Positions 8,431-19,155 of a stretch of 64,000 bases of DNA are shown here, in pieces. The position numbers and the translations under genes are program-made. The notes beneath the pieces are model-generated. The model saw only the letters and a list, made by a program, of their open reading frames with translations. It was not told the origin of the DNA and did no database searches. The stretch's first letter is position 1; every line of letters starts with the position of its first letter. Source of the DNA: Deltaproteobacteria bacterium (GTDB lineage Bacteria; UBA10199; JACPAL01); contig JACPAL010000010.1 in NCBI GenBank assembly GCA_016180855.1, forward strand, positions 118,988 to 182,987, read 5' to 3'.

Positions 8431-10470
8431 ATGTTTGCACAAGTTAGTCAATGGGTGGTGTGGGTCCCTTTTCTCCCGCTGATCGGGGCGATGATCAACG
8501 GGGCTTATAGTTTTTCGGGGGCCAAATTGGTTCGTCCGATCGTTCATTGGATCGCCTGTGGATCGATCGGGCTCTCTTTTCTGATTTCGGCCGGAACCTT
8601 TCTTCATTTTAGCACCTTGCCGGTTGAGTCACGCGAGGTGACCGTGACCCTCTTCAACTGGATCCTTTTTGATAATCTGTGGGCCGATGTCGCCCTTCTC
8701 ATTGACCCCCTGACCCTGGTCATGATGCTCGTTGTGTCGGGCGTTGGGACGATTATTCATGTCTATTCGGTTGGCTACATGGCGCATGATCACAGCTATG
8801 CCCGCTACTTCAGCTATCTAAACCTTTTCTGCTTTGCGATGCTGTTGCTTGTGATGGGGGCCAACTTTTTCATGCTCTTTGTCGGTTGGGAAGGGGTTGG
8901 CCTCTGCTCCTACCTCCTGATTGGCTTCTGGTTTACGGACAAGGAGAAGGCGGTCGCTGGCATGAAGGCGTTTATTGTGAACCGCATTGGTGATTTTGGT
9001 TTTCTGATCGGTCTGCTCATTCTCTTTTGGGCCCTGCATGCCGTCGGATATCCGACGGTCTCTTTTTCGGAACTTAAGGAGGCTGCCCCGCTGCTTAAGG
9101 ATCAAACGTTGTGGGGCTTACCGGTGGTGACACTCGTCTGCCTCTTTTTCTTTGTCGGGGCGACGGGCAAATCGGCCCAGATTCCTCTTTATGTCTGGTT
9201 GCCTGACGCGATGGCGGGCCCAACGCCGGTCTCGGCCCTTATTCATGCTGCTACGATGGTGACGGCTGGTGTTTACATGATTGGGCGGCTCAATTTTCTC
9301 TACTCGATGTCACCCGAGGCATTGACTATCGTGGCGGTTATCGGTTTTCTTACGGCTGCGTTTGCTGCTGTGATTGCCTTTGCCCAGAATGATATCAAGA
9401 AGGTCTTGGCCTATTCAACAATCAGCCAGCTCGGTTTCATGTTTGGGGCGATGGGCGTTGGGGCCTATGTTGCAGGCATCTTTCACCTCGTGACCCATGC
9501 CTTCTTCAAGGCCTGTCTCTTCCTGGGGTCAGGGTCAGTCATCCATGCCTGCAGTGGTGAACAGGATATGCGCAAAATGGGGGATCTCAAAAAGTGGATG
9601 CCGATCACCTTTGCTACGTTTTTTACGGCAACGCTTGCGATTGCCGGCATCTTTCCACTCGCCGGATTTTTTTCCAAGGATGAGATCCTCTGGCACACCT
9701 TCAATCAGAAGCCACTTCTCTGGGTGGTCGGGGTCCTGGCCGCGATTGGTACCGCCATTTATATGTTCCGCCTTGTTGCCATGACCTTTTACGGCAAACT
9801 GCGACTCGAGGGGGATGCGCGCCACCACCTTCATGAGTCTCCTTATTCGATGACGGTTCCGTTGATCCTGCTTGCGCTCCTCTCCGTGGTTGGAGGTTTT
9901 TTGGGATTTCCGAATGTCTTGGGGCATCTCTTTGGTTTTCATGAGACCAACCACTTTGGCCGGTGGCTTGCCCCGGTCCTGGCGGTGCATCAGACGGAAG
10001 AATCACTGCTCCCTCACTCGGTGGAGTACGGTTTAATGATCTTCTCATTTCTGATTGCAGCGGTTGGTTGCTATGTCGGGTATACTTTATATACCCGGAG
10101 ACAGGATATCCCGCAAAAAGTGGTCGGCCGATTTCCTGTTCTTTATCGAACGGTTTTGAACAAGTTTTATGTTGACGAGGTTTATGAGGTTGTTTTTGTG
10201 AAGGGGTTGCTCAGGCTTAACAGCGCCTTGGCAAGCTTTGATCTCAAGGTGATCGACGGCCTCGTAAATCTCTCGGCCCTGTTGACCCGGATCACCTCGC
10301 GCATTTCCGGATTCTTCGACAAGATTTTTGTCGACGGCCTCGTGAATCTCGTGGCGAATAGCACACTCTGGAGCTCCGCCATCCATCGGATCCAGACAGG
10401 GAGGATTCAAAGTTATTTATACTATGCGTTGGGTGGCGTTGTCGTGATGCTGTTGTACCGAATTTTGTAA
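8431..10470 (+). CDS. nuoL: NADH-quinone oxidoreductase subunit L
   Basis: 679 aa. Antiporter-like TM core with a long C-terminal amphipathic extension. Confidence 0.9.
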   Translation: MFAQVSQWVVWVPFLPLIGAMINGAYSFSGAKLVRPIVHWIACGSIGLSFLISAGTFLHFSTLPVESREVTVTLFNWILFDNLWADVALLIDPLTLVMMLVVSGVGTIIHVYSVGYMAHDHSYARYFSYLNLFCFAMLLLVMGANFFMLFVGWEGVGLCSYLLIGFWFTDKEKAVAGMKAFIVNRIGDFGFLIGLLILFWALHAVGYPTVSFSELKEAAPLLKDQTLWGLPVVTLVCLFFFVGATGKSAQIPLYVWLPDAMAGPTPVSALIHAATMVTAGVYMIGRLNFLYSMSPEALTIVAVIGFLTAAFAAVIAFAQNDIKKVLAYSTISQLGFMFGAMGVGAYVAGIFHLVTHAFFKACLFLGSGSVIHACSGEQDMRKMGDLKKWMPITFATFFTATLAIAGIFPLAGFFSKDEILWHTFNQKPLLWVVGVLAAIGTAIYMFRLVAMTFYGKLRLEGDARHHLHESPYSMTVPLILLALLSVVGGFLGFPNVLGHLFGFHETNHFGRWLAPVLAVHQTEESLLPHSVEYGLMIFSFLIAAVGCYVGYTLYTRRQDIPQKVVGRFPVLYRTVLNKFYVDEVYEVVFVKGLLRLNSALASFDLKVIDGLVNLSALLTRITSRISGFFDKIFVDGLVNLVANSTLWSSAIHRIQTGRIQSYLYYALGGVVVMLLYRIL

Positions 10471-10484
10471 AACAAGGAGAGATT

Positions 10485-11972
10485 ATGTTCCCTTATTTGT
10501 CTTTTATGACCTTCTTCCCCCTTGTCGGGGCGGTTATCATTCCATTCCTTCCCCGAGGTAAAGATTCCTGGATTAAATGGCTTGCCTTGCTCACCACGAT
10601 CCCTCCACTCGTTGCCGCCTTTAAACTCTTTCTGATTTTTGATCGTAGCCAGGCCGGATTTCAGCTCATTGAGGGGCCGTTTGACTGGATACCGGCATTT
10701 CATATCCAGTACTATATGGGGATTGACGGGGTCTCGGTCTCGATGGTCCTCCTCACCGCCCTGATCTCCTTTATCTGTATCCTCGCCTCCTGGGGAATCG
10801 ACAAGCATCTCAAGGGGTATTTCTCTCTCTTCCTGTTGCTTGATGCGGGCATGATGGGGGTCTTTTGTGCACTCGACTTTTTCCTCTTCTACGTCTTCTG
10901 GGAAGTAATGCTGCTCCCGATGTATTTCCTGATCGGGATCTGGGGAGGGCCGCGTCGCGAGTATGCCGCGATCAAGTTCTTCCTCTACACGTTACTCGGT
11001 TCCGTCCTCATGCTTCTTGTGATGCTCGCGTTCTACTTCTTTAGTGATGGAAACACCTTCAATCTCGTGACACTCGCAAACCAGCAGGTCCATCTGGGTC
11101 CGCTGACGTCGATCAACTTCCGGCATCTCTGCTGGATGGCGCTTTTCATCTGTTTTGCGATCAAGGTGCCGATTGTCCCATTCCACACCTGGTTGCCGGA
11201 TGCCCATGTGGAGGCCCCAACGGCGATCTCCGTTATCCTGGCCGGTATCCTCCTCAAAATGGGGACATACGGCATCCTTCGTATTTGCTATCCGATTTTG
11301 CCTGATGCAACCGCCTATTTTGGAGAGATGATGGCGGTGATCGGCATGATCAATATTGTTTATGGGGCGTTGTGTGCGATGGCGCAGACTGACTTCAAGA
11401 AGTTGATTGCCTACTCTTCGGTGAGTCACATGGGTTTCTGTCTGTTGGGGATGGCCTCCTTTACGCCCGAAGGGATCAATGGGGCGGTTCTCCAGATGTT
11501 TAACCATGGGACGATTACGGCGATGCTCTTCTTGATTGTCGGGGTTGTTTATGACCGTGCGCATCATCGTGAGCTGGCCGGCTTCGGTGGACTGGCCAAG
11601 TCGATGCCTCGTTATTCTGTGATGACGGCCCTCGCCTTTTTTGCTGCGTTGGGCCTGCCAGGGCTCTCCGGTTTTGTGAGCGAGATCCTCTGTTTTCTGG
11701 GTGGCTTCAAGACATTCCGTCTCTATACGATTATCTCGGCAACCGGTATCGTGTTGACCGCGGGCTACATGCTCTGGACCTACCAGAGAGTTTTTCTGGG
11801 GAACTTGAATGAAAAATACGCCAAGATGCCGGAGATTAACGGGCGGGAGATGCTTACACTCGTTCCGCTGGCGGTGATCGTTGTCGTTGTGGGGATTTAC
11901 CCCCGCTTCATTCTTGATTTACAAAACATGTCGCTTTCAGCCTTAAGCAGCTTACATGTGGCGGGACTCTAA
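10485..11972 (+). CDS. nuoM: NADH-quinone oxidoreductase subunit M
   Basis: 495 aa antiporter-like subunit (WLPDAHVEAPT motif). Confidence 0.9.
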   Translation: MFPYLSFMTFFPLVGAVIIPFLPRGKDSWIKWLALLTTIPPLVAAFKLFLIFDRSQAGFQLIEGPFDWIPAFHIQYYMGIDGVSVSMVLLTALISFICILASWGIDKHLKGYFSLFLLLDAGMMGVFCALDFFLFYVFWEVMLLPMYFLIGIWGGPRREYAAIKFFLYTLLGSVLMLLVMLAFYFFSDGNTFNLVTLANQQVHLGPLTSINFRHLCWMALFICFAIKVPIVPFHTWLPDAHVEAPTAISVILAGILLKMGTYGILRICYPILPDATAYFGEMMAVIGMINIVYGALCAMAQTDFKKLIAYSSVSHMGFCLLGMASFTPEGINGAVLQMFNHGTITAMLFLIVGVVYDRAHHRELAGFGGLAKSMPRYSVMTALAFFAALGLPGLSGFVSEILCFLGGFKTFRLYTIISATGIVLTAGYMLWTYQRVFLGNLNEKYAKMPEINGREMLTLVPLAVIVVVVGIYPRFILDLQNMSLSALSSLHVAGL

Positions 11973-13449
11973 TCCGATGCGAGCCGATTTGACCTATTTT
12001 TGGCCTGTTTCTATCCTGATCGGGACGATCGTCCTCCTCTTCTTGATTGACTTCTTTTTGGGAGAGAGAAGAAAGTCGCTTTATCCTTTTGTTGCGGCGT
12101 CTGGTGCCGTCGGGATGGCGATGGCCAACGCCCATATGACGAATCTCCCAAGTGTCCGTTTCTTCTCCAATATGATCGTCTTTGATGGCATGGGGCATTT
12201 TTTCAATTACCTGTTCGCCGGTGCCTTGCTACTCGCGATCCTTTTTTCAACGAAATCGGAAGAGGTGGAGTGGACCGATGAGCCGAGCTACTACACGCTG
12301 CTGGTTGCCCTAACACTTGGGATGATGCTTCTTGCCGTTTCCAACCACCTCCTCATGATCTACCTGTCGCTGGAACTCGTGAGTGTCCTCTCGTATGTCC
12401 TGACGGGCTATGTCCGGGGATCGCGTCGCTCCTCGGAGGCCGCCCTTAAGTATGTGATTTATGGTGGGGTGGCGTCTGGGATCATGGCTTATGGGATGTC
12501 GCTTCTTTATGGATTGACCGGTTCCATGGAGTTGCCCGTTATTGCCGATTACCTTCAGACCCATGCGGTGAACCGTTCGGTCCTTTTTTTGTCGGTGTTG
12601 CTCATGATGGCGGGATTTGGATACAAGATTGCCGCCTTTCCGTTCCAGATGTGGTGTCCCGATGTCTATGAAGGGGCACCGACCCCTTTTACGGCCTTCC
12701 TCTCCGTTGGCCCCAAGGCGGCCGGGTTCGCAATTCTTATCCGTTTCTTCTTAACAGCGATGGGGACAAGAGGAGAGGCCGGTTTTATTGACCCCAAATT
12801 TTCAGGATGGCCGGAGTTAATGATCATTCTCTCGGTTGCAACGATGACGCTTGGAAACCTGGCGGCCTTGGTCCAGACGAATATGAAGCGACTTCTTGCC
12901 TACTCGTCCATTGCCCATGCCGGTTATATGCTTATGGGGTTTGCGGCCCTTAATGATGATGCGGTGCGTGCGATACTTTTTTACCTTGTTGTTTATCTTC
13001 TCATGAATTTGGGTGCCTTTTTGGTGGTGATTGTTGTTGCCAACCAGCTCCGGGTGGAGGACTTGCAGGGGTATGCGGGTTTAAGCCGTCGTGGAGGATT
13101 GGGAGCCGCTCTTTCAATCGCCATGGCGATTTTTCTCTTTTCGCTAACCGGCATTCCCCCTTTTGCCGGTTTTATCGGCAAGTTTTATCTCTTTGGTGCC
13201 GTGATTCGTTCCGGACTTTATGGATTGGCGATCATCGGTGTCTTGAATAGTGTTGTCTCACTCTACTATTATGTCAGGGTCGTGAAGCTCATGTTTTTTG
13301 ATGAGGCGTTGGACTCCCGCCCCTTTCCGATGCCTGTTCTTCGCCACGGTGTGGCCCTTGCCGGACTTGCCTTTTTGACACTTTACCTTGGGCTTTTTTG
13401 GAATGGGTTAGCCAACCTCTCGGCCCGATCGGCCACTCTGCTATTTTAA
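11956..13449 (+). CDS. nuoN: NADH-quinone oxidoreductase subunit N
   Basis: 497 aa antiporter-like subunit. An alternative ATG start at 11977 is possible. Confidence 0.85.
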   Translation: MWRDSNPMRADLTYFWPVSILIGTIVLLFLIDFFLGERRKSLYPFVAASGAVGMAMANAHMTNLPSVRFFSNMIVFDGMGHFFNYLFAGALLLAILFSTKSEEVEWTDEPSYYTLLVALTLGMMLLAVSNHLLMIYLSLELVSVLSYVLTGYVRGSRRSSEAALKYVIYGGVASGIMAYGMSLLYGLTGSMELPVIADYLQTHAVNRSVLFLSVLLMMAGFGYKIAAFPFQMWCPDVYEGAPTPFTAFLSVGPKAAGFAILIRFFLTAMGTRGEAGFIDPKFSGWPELMIILSVATMTLGNLAALVQTNMKRLLAYSSIAHAGYMLMGFAALNDDAVRAILFYLVVYLLMNLGAFLVVIVVANQLRVEDLQGYAGLSRRGGLGAALSIAMAIFLFSLTGIPPFAGFIGKFYLFGAVIRSGLYGLAIIGVLNSVVSLYYYVRVVKLMFFDEALDSRPFPMPVLRHGVALAGLAFLTLYLGLFWNGLANLSARSATLLF

Positions 13450-13818
13450 ATGAATCCCTATTTTTCACTCCTCCTCCTCTTTGCCTTTGCGTTACTCATT
13501 GGAGGCGGTTTTATCCTCCTCTCCCAGGCGCTTGGGCCTCGAAAGAGGAAGGCGACCAAGGAACTCCCTTATGAATGCGGTGTTGACCCGATTGATGAGC
13601 CGCGCCGTCGTTTCTCCGTAAAATTTTATCTCGTGGCGATGCTCTTCATCGTTTTTGATGTTGAGGTTGTTTTTCTTTATCCGTGGGCGGTGCTCTACAA
13701 GGAGTTCATCCGCTCCGGTTTGGGGATGTTCGTTTTTGTCGAAATGGCCCTTTTTCTGGGAATCCTCGTCGCTGGCCTCCTCTATATCTATGGCCGCCGG
13801 GCGCTGGAGTGGGAATAG
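13450..13818 (+). CDS. nuoA: Second NuoA/ND3-family paralog at the operon 3' end
   Basis: 122 aa. ECG, FDVEVVFLYPW. The ATG immediately abuts the nuoN stop (TAAATG). Confidence 0.85.
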   Translation: MNPYFSLLLLFAFALLIGGGFILLSQALGPRKRKATKELPYECGVDPIDEPRRRFSVKFYLVAMLFIVFDVEVVFLYPWAVLYKEFIRSGLGMFVFVEMALFLGILVAGLLYIYGRRALEWE

Positions 13819-13851
13819 CAACAATCTGGAATTACAGCCGATAACCATCAC

Positions 13852-14484
13852 ATGAGCATCGGCTCTATTTGTTCCTCCTTTATTGACCGGATCTCCGGGG
13901 CAGGGGAGTTAGGTCCGCTTATTGAGCACCTGGAAGAGACAGAGCTGGAGATTCGTCGACTGGCGGAAAGACTGGAAAATTTTAACGACGCGTTCGGTGA
14001 GGCGGCAGAAACAAGGTCCCGATTCCTTTATGATGGCGGGGAGCTGCTTTCTTCAGCGTTGCCTAAGGCAGAGGGGAGAAGTTGGAGATACGCCTGGTGG
14101 CTTTCCGATGCCTGCAATCGCCTTTCAGGCAGATTTACACGGGCCGAGCAGATGCTATTGGACCTGAGACAATATCAGCATCTCCCTCTCTTTGCGAAGA
14201 TACAGGCGAGGGTCTGTCGACCCGATTTCGACCAATTTTTCTTGAGAGGGTGTGCGAGATTCATCGGCAAGACCCCTGATGCTGACAGCAGGGCCTTTAG
14301 GAGGTTTAGTTCACCGCTATCTCGTCGCGCGTATCGGATTTTTAGCGGAGTTACGATCGACGAGATTGCTTATCGACTTGATGTCCTAAGAGAGGTTCGG
14401 AGAGGGCGTGCCCACTTATCCCTCGCCCTGTTGGGGGGCGCGATCCTGTTTGGCGCTTACCAGTGGCATAAATTTTCCGAGTAG
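13852..14484 (+). CDS. Hypothetical protein with a C-terminal TM helix
   Basis: 210 aa ORF with no recognised motif and no obvious RBS. Confidence 0.4.
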   Translation: MSIGSICSSFIDRISGAGELGPLIEHLEETELEIRRLAERLENFNDAFGEAAETRSRFLYDGGELLSSALPKAEGRSWRYAWWLSDACNRLSGRFTRAEQMLLDLRQYQHLPLFAKIQARVCRPDFDQFFLRGCARFIGKTPDADSRAFRRFSSPLSRRAYRIFSGVTIDEIAYRLDVLREVRRGRAHLSLALLGGAILFGAYQWHKFSE

Positions 14485-14562
14485 ATCTTAAAAATCTTTT
14501 TTGACAAATCAGCCCCAACCGCTAAAAGCTCCTCTGTCGATCTGACAAAGGGGGAAAATTCT

Positions 14563-16422
14563 ATGACCAATTCTTCACCGCGCGAGTTTACCTTCCGTGC
14601 TGTTCTCCTGGGGGCCGTTCTCGGAGTGATTCTGGCGGCGGCCAACGCTTACCTGGGGTTGTATGCCGGTCTGACAGTCTCGGCATCGATTCCCGCCGCA
14701 GTCATCTCGATGGCGATCCTGCGAGGGCTCTTCAAGACGGGGACGGCCCTTGAAAATAATCTTGTTCAGACGATTGCAGCAAGCGGCGAGACAATAGCGG
14801 GCGGTGTGATCTTCACCGTTCCGGCACTCGTCTTGACCCAGTCGTGGCACGAGTTTCATTTTTGGCCGACGACATTGATTGCGATGACCGGCGGACTTCT
14901 GGGAATCCTTTTTATGATTCCGCTCCGTCGGGCGATTATCGTTGAAGAGCCCGAACTCACCTTTCCGGAAGGAACGGCTTGTGCCGAAATACTAAAAGCT
15001 GGTGAAGGAGGGAAAGGAGGTCGAATTATCACGATTGCGATCCTCGCATCCGCCCTTTACAAATTTTTCTCCTCCGGCGTAGCGCTTCTTCAAGGTGGAT
15101 TTGAAACCGCCTTCAGGATCGGTCGGTCTCTTTTCTATTTTGGAGGAGAGAGTTCTCTGGCGCTCCTTTCGGTTGGATATATCATCGGTCCCAATGTGGC
15201 GACCCTCCAGTTTTTGGGAGGCGTCATCAGTTGGGTTATTGCAATTCCTCTCTATTCAATGATTGTTGGTATCCCCGATGGGGACCTGCTTTCTTCTTCA
15301 TGGAGTCTCTGGAAGAACCAGATTCGGTATATGGGGGTTGGAGCGATGGCCGTTGGCGGCCTCTGGACGATTTGGTCTGTTCGTGGAGGGCTTCGCAAAG
15401 GGATGAAACGGATTTTTGGAAAGAAGATCCTTGGAGAAGTCGTGGCCCGAACGGATCAGGATTTGAGTCGACGCATCATGCTTCCCCTGCTGCTCATCAC
15501 AATCCTGCTGATCTTCGGTCTTTATCACTATCTGACGGGGAGTCTGGGGGTTGGTCTTTTTGCGACGGTCCTGATTGTGATAGTAACCTTCTTCTTTGTG
15601 GCGGTGGCGAGTTATCTGGTCGGTTTGGTCGGTAGCTCCAATCTCCCGATCTCCGGAATGACAATCTGTTCACTGCTCTTTGCCGCCTTTTTTCTCCATC
15701 TGGTTGGGATCAAGGGCTCTCTGGGGGTCCTCGCTGCCTTAGGGATTGCCGGTGTCGCCTGCGGTGCCTGCTCTTCTGCCGGGGACATCAGCCAGGATCT
15801 GAAGACGGGGCAGATCGTTGGTTCAACACCGTGGAAGCTACAGATTGGAGAGGTCGTCGGCGCGATTGTCCCCGCCTTTGTCATTGCACCCGTTCTGACC
15901 GTCTTGCATTCCTCTTATGGGATCGGAGTAGCGGCAAGGGAAGGGATCAAGCCTCTTGTTGCTCCTCAAGCAACCCTTTTTGCGAAACTGTCGGAGGCGC
16001 TTTTTCTGGACGGTGGAAACCTTCCGATGACGTTTGTTTATATCGGGATGGGGCTTGCAGTCTTCTTCATCCTGCTCGACAATAACCTAAAGAAAAGGAA
16101 CTGCTCTTTTAGGACTTATGTGATGGCCGTGGCGATCGGGATTTATCTCCCACTACAGCTTTCGACGACGATCTTTGTAGGAGGGCTTCTTCACGCCTTG
16201 CTCAAAAATAGCTCTTCGAACGAGGGGAGTCGTGGGATCCTCATCGCCTCAGGGCTGATTGCAGGAGAATCGCTCATGGGAATCATTGTGGCGGCCTTGA
16301 TCTTTAGCGGGCTCAATATTCCTGTTTCTGTCTGGGACGAATCCGGTCCTCCCGTATGGGTTGGTGGATTTGCAGTCCTCCTGGCGCTTTCCCTCTTTGC
16401 CTATGCGGTGAGAAAGAAGTAG
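14563..16422 (+). CDS. OPT-family oligopeptide transporter
   Basis: 619 aa polytopic membrane protein with a bacterial OPT-family pattern. Confidence 0.8.
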   Translation: MTNSSPREFTFRAVLLGAVLGVILAAANAYLGLYAGLTVSASIPAAVISMAILRGLFKTGTALENNLVQTIAASGETIAGGVIFTVPALVLTQSWHEFHFWPTTLIAMTGGLLGILFMIPLRRAIIVEEPELTFPEGTACAEILKAGEGGKGGRIITIAILASALYKFFSSGVALLQGGFETAFRIGRSLFYFGGESSLALLSVGYIIGPNVATLQFLGGVISWVIAIPLYSMIVGIPDGDLLSSSWSLWKNQIRYMGVGAMAVGGLWTIWSVRGGLRKGMKRIFGKKILGEVVARTDQDLSRRIMLPLLLITILLIFGLYHYLTGSLGVGLFATVLIVIVTFFFVAVASYLVGLVGSSNLPISGMTICSLLFAAFFLHLVGIKGSLGVLAALGIAGVACGACSSAGDISQDLKTGQIVGSTPWKLQIGEVVGAIVPAFVIAPVLTVLHSSYGIGVAAREGIKPLVAPQATLFAKLSEALFLDGGNLPMTFVYIGMGLAVFFILLDNNLKKRNCSFRTYVMAVAIGIYLPLQLSTTIFVGGLLHALLKNSSSNEGSRGILIASGLIAGESLMGIIVAALIFSGLNIPVSVWDESGPPVWVGGFAVLLALSLFAYAVRKK

Positions 16423-16435
16423 CAGGGAGCTGCCA

Positions 16436-19087
16436 ATGGACCGCCTTTATCTGATTGATGCCTCCGGCTACATCTTTCGTGCCTATTATGCGATTCGGTC
16501 ACTATCGACTTCGAAAGGACTTCCGACTAACGCGCTGTACGGTTTTACATCGATGCTCCTCAAGCTGATTCGAGAGGAGAAGCCGGATCATATCGCCTGC
16601 GTCTTTGATGTCGCCAGAAAGACTTGGCGGAATGAAAAATATGCAGCCTACAAGGCAAACCGCGCGGAACCACCCCCGGACCTGATTCCGCAGTTTCCCT
16701 ATTTTAGAAAAATTGTGAAGGCGTTGAATCTCCCGGCCCTCGAGCTTCCCAATTATGAGGCGGATGATCTGATTGGTACGATCGCCAAAAAGATGGGTCG
16801 CAGGAAATTACAGACGGTCATTGTGACGGGTGACAAGGACATGATGCAACTGGTTGATGAGAAGATCTCCATTTTTGACAGCATGAAAGAGAAGCGGATC
16901 GGTATTCCGGAGGTGAAGGAACGGTTTGGGGTGCAACCGGAAAGGGTGCCCGATGTTTTGGGGCTCGCTGGTGATTCCTCGGACAATATCCCTGGTGTTC
17001 CGGGGGTGGGGGAGAAGACGGCGATCAAGCTCCTTCAAGAATACGGTTCGCTGGAAAATCTCCTTAAAAACAGCTCGAAGATCTCGGGCAAGTTGGGTGA
17101 AAAAATCAGGGAGAATGAGAAAGAGGCGCGACTGTTTAAAGAGCTCGCAACGATCGTGACGGATGCCCCTGTTGAATATGATTTTAAGGATTTTGAACTC
17201 AAGGCGCCGGATTCGGAGGCGTTGAAGGAACTGTTTACGGAGCTCGAATTTCAACGTTTTCTCTCTGAACTGGCGCCGCAGAAGACCCTCTCCCGAGATG
17301 ATTATCATTTGATTATTCGGGAGGAGGACTTAAAGAAAATGGTTTTGGTTCTGGAAAAGAGTGGCGGTTTTGCCCTGGATACGGAGACCTCCGAACTTGA
17401 TCCGATGAAGGCGTTTCTGGTCGGCCTCTCGTTTTCACCACATCAGGGAGAGGCCTACTACCTCCCCGTAGGGCATATTGAGGCAACTCACCAACTCCAT
17501 TGGGAGATTGTAAAACCGTATCTCAAGCCGTTGCTTGAGAACCGATCGATCCCCAAATATGCGCAGAATGCCAAATATGATTACACGATTCTGAAGCGCC
17601 ATGGCGTGGAGATTCAAGGCCTGCAGTTTGATACGATGGTCGCCTCTTATCTCCTTGTGCCGGATGGGAGTCATAATCTCGATGCCCTCTCCCAAGCTTA
17701 TCTTGGGCACAAAACAATCCGTTTTGAAGAGGTCGTGGGGACGGGCAAGAAGCAGAAGAGCTTTTCGGAGGTTTCGCTCGGGGCCGCCTGTGATTACTCC
17801 TGTGAGGATGCCGATCTCTGTTACCGGCTCACTAAACTTTTTCAGCCGAAATTAAAGGAGGAGAAGGTTGAAGAGCTTTTTAGGACTGTTGAGATGCCTC
17901 TGGTTACGGTTCTGACCAAGATGGAGATGAGCGGGGTCAAAATTGATTCGGTCCATTTGAAGAAAATATCTTCGGACTATGAAAAAAAAATGGCCTCTTT
18001 GGAAAAGGAGATTCATCAACAGGCCCAGATGGAGTTTAATCTTAATTCAACCAAGCAACTGCAGGAAGTGCTCTTTCAAAAACTGAAACTGCCTGTCATT
18101 CGAAAGACGAAAACAGGTTACTCGACCGACATTGATGTTCTTACGGAACTTGCACAGCGGCATGAGGTTCCAAGGCTTCTACTGGATTACCGGGCGATGT
18201 CGAAGCTGAAGTCGACCTACCTTGATGCCTTGCCCGAGATGGTCAATCCTGAAACCGGACGGATCCATGCCTCATTTAATCAGACGGTGGCGGCGACGGG
18301 ACGGCTTTCCTCTTCTGAACCGAACCTCCAAAATATCCCGATTCGGACGGAGGAAGGTCGGCGCATTCGGGAGGCGTTTATTGCGGAGGACGGTTACCGG
18401 ATCCTTTCCGCTGATTACTCTCAAATTGAATTAAGGATTTTGGCGCATATCTCTCAAGATCCGATTCTGCTTGAGGCGTTCCGGAAGAATCAGGATATCC
18501 ATCGGGCGACAGCGGCGCAGATTTATGGGGTAAGCGAAAAAGAGGTTTCGGAAGAAATGCGGTCGGTTGGGAAGACAGTCAACTTTGCGGTCCTCTACGG
18601 GCAGTCCGCTTACGGACTCTCCCAACAGCTGGAGATTTCACCGGAGGAGGCGAAGAGATATATCGATAACTACTTCGCCCGTTACGCACGGGTTACCTCC
18701 TATAAGGAAGAGGTCTTGTCGGAGGTAAGAAAGAGCAAAAGGGTCAGGACCCTCTTTGGGCGACTTCGCCCGATCCCGGATATTGACAGCTCTAATCAGA
18801 ATGTTCGCTCATTTGCCGAACGGACCGCCTTTAACACTGTTTTTCAGGGGACGGCGGCTGACATTATCAAAAAGGCGATGATCCTGGTTCAGGAAGAGAT
18901 CGAAATGAATTTTCCCAAGGCAAAGATGTTGATCCAGGTTCATGACGAGCTCGTCTTTGAAGTGCCGGAGAAGGAGATCAACTCTTTTTCAGCGATGGTG
19001 AGAGAGAAGATGGAAGGCGTGGTCTTGCTCCAAGTTCCACTCAAGGTAGATGTGGGGGCCGGAAAGAACTGGGCAGAGGCGCATTAG
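16436..19087 (+). CDS. polA: DNA polymerase I
   Basis: 883 aa. N-terminal 5'-3' exonuclease domain, a 3'-5' exonuclease DTETS motif, and the family A polymerase motif DYSQIELR. Confidence 0.95.
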   Translation: MDRLYLIDASGYIFRAYYAIRSLSTSKGLPTNALYGFTSMLLKLIREEKPDHIACVFDVARKTWRNEKYAAYKANRAEPPPDLIPQFPYFRKIVKALNLPALELPNYEADDLIGTIAKKMGRRKLQTVIVTGDKDMMQLVDEKISIFDSMKEKRIGIPEVKERFGVQPERVPDVLGLAGDSSDNIPGVPGVGEKTAIKLLQEYGSLENLLKNSSKISGKLGEKIRENEKEARLFKELATIVTDAPVEYDFKDFELKAPDSEALKELFTELEFQRFLSELAPQKTLSRDDYHLIIREEDLKKMVLVLEKSGGFALDTETSELDPMKAFLVGLSFSPHQGEAYYLPVGHIEATHQLHWEIVKPYLKPLLENRSIPKYAQNAKYDYTILKRHGVEIQGLQFDTMVASYLLVPDGSHNLDALSQAYLGHKTIRFEEVVGTGKKQKSFSEVSLGAACDYSCEDADLCYRLTKLFQPKLKEEKVEELFRTVEMPLVTVLTKMEMSGVKIDSVHLKKISSDYEKKMASLEKEIHQQAQMEFNLNSTKQLQEVLFQKLKLPVIRKTKTGYSTDIDVLTELAQRHEVPRLLLDYRAMSKLKSTYLDALPEMVNPETGRIHASFNQTVAATGRLSSSEPNLQNIPIRTEEGRRIREAFIAEDGYRILSADYSQIELRILAHISQDPILLEAFRKNQDIHRATAAQIYGVSEKEVSEEMRSVGKTVNFAVLYGQSAYGLSQQLEISPEEAKRYIDNYFARYARVTSYKEEVLSEVRKSKRVRTLFGRLRPIPDIDSSNQNVRSFAERTAFNTVFQGTAADIIKKAMILVQEEIEMNFPKAKMLIQVHDELVFEVPEKEINSFSAMVREKMEGVVLLQVPLKVDVGAGKNWAEAH

Positions 19088-19155
19088 CCCTCAGGCCACT
19101 TGAATATGTGACAGTCATGCTATCGGGGAAATAGTGTCAGTCACATTTATGCGTG

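Noticed and set aside
10992-11567. 191-aa antisense ORF inside nuoM; similar ORFs at 4332..4856 in nuoD and 9535..9990 in nuoL
   Set aside because: These are antisense to strongly supported genes. Their Arg/His-rich, low-complexity translations are typical of GC-rich antisense frames.
19088-19155. Possible bidirectional terminator after polA (ATGTGAC...GTCACAT)
   Set aside because: Only a 7-bp stem with a loop of about 27 nt and no U-tract. Too weak to call.
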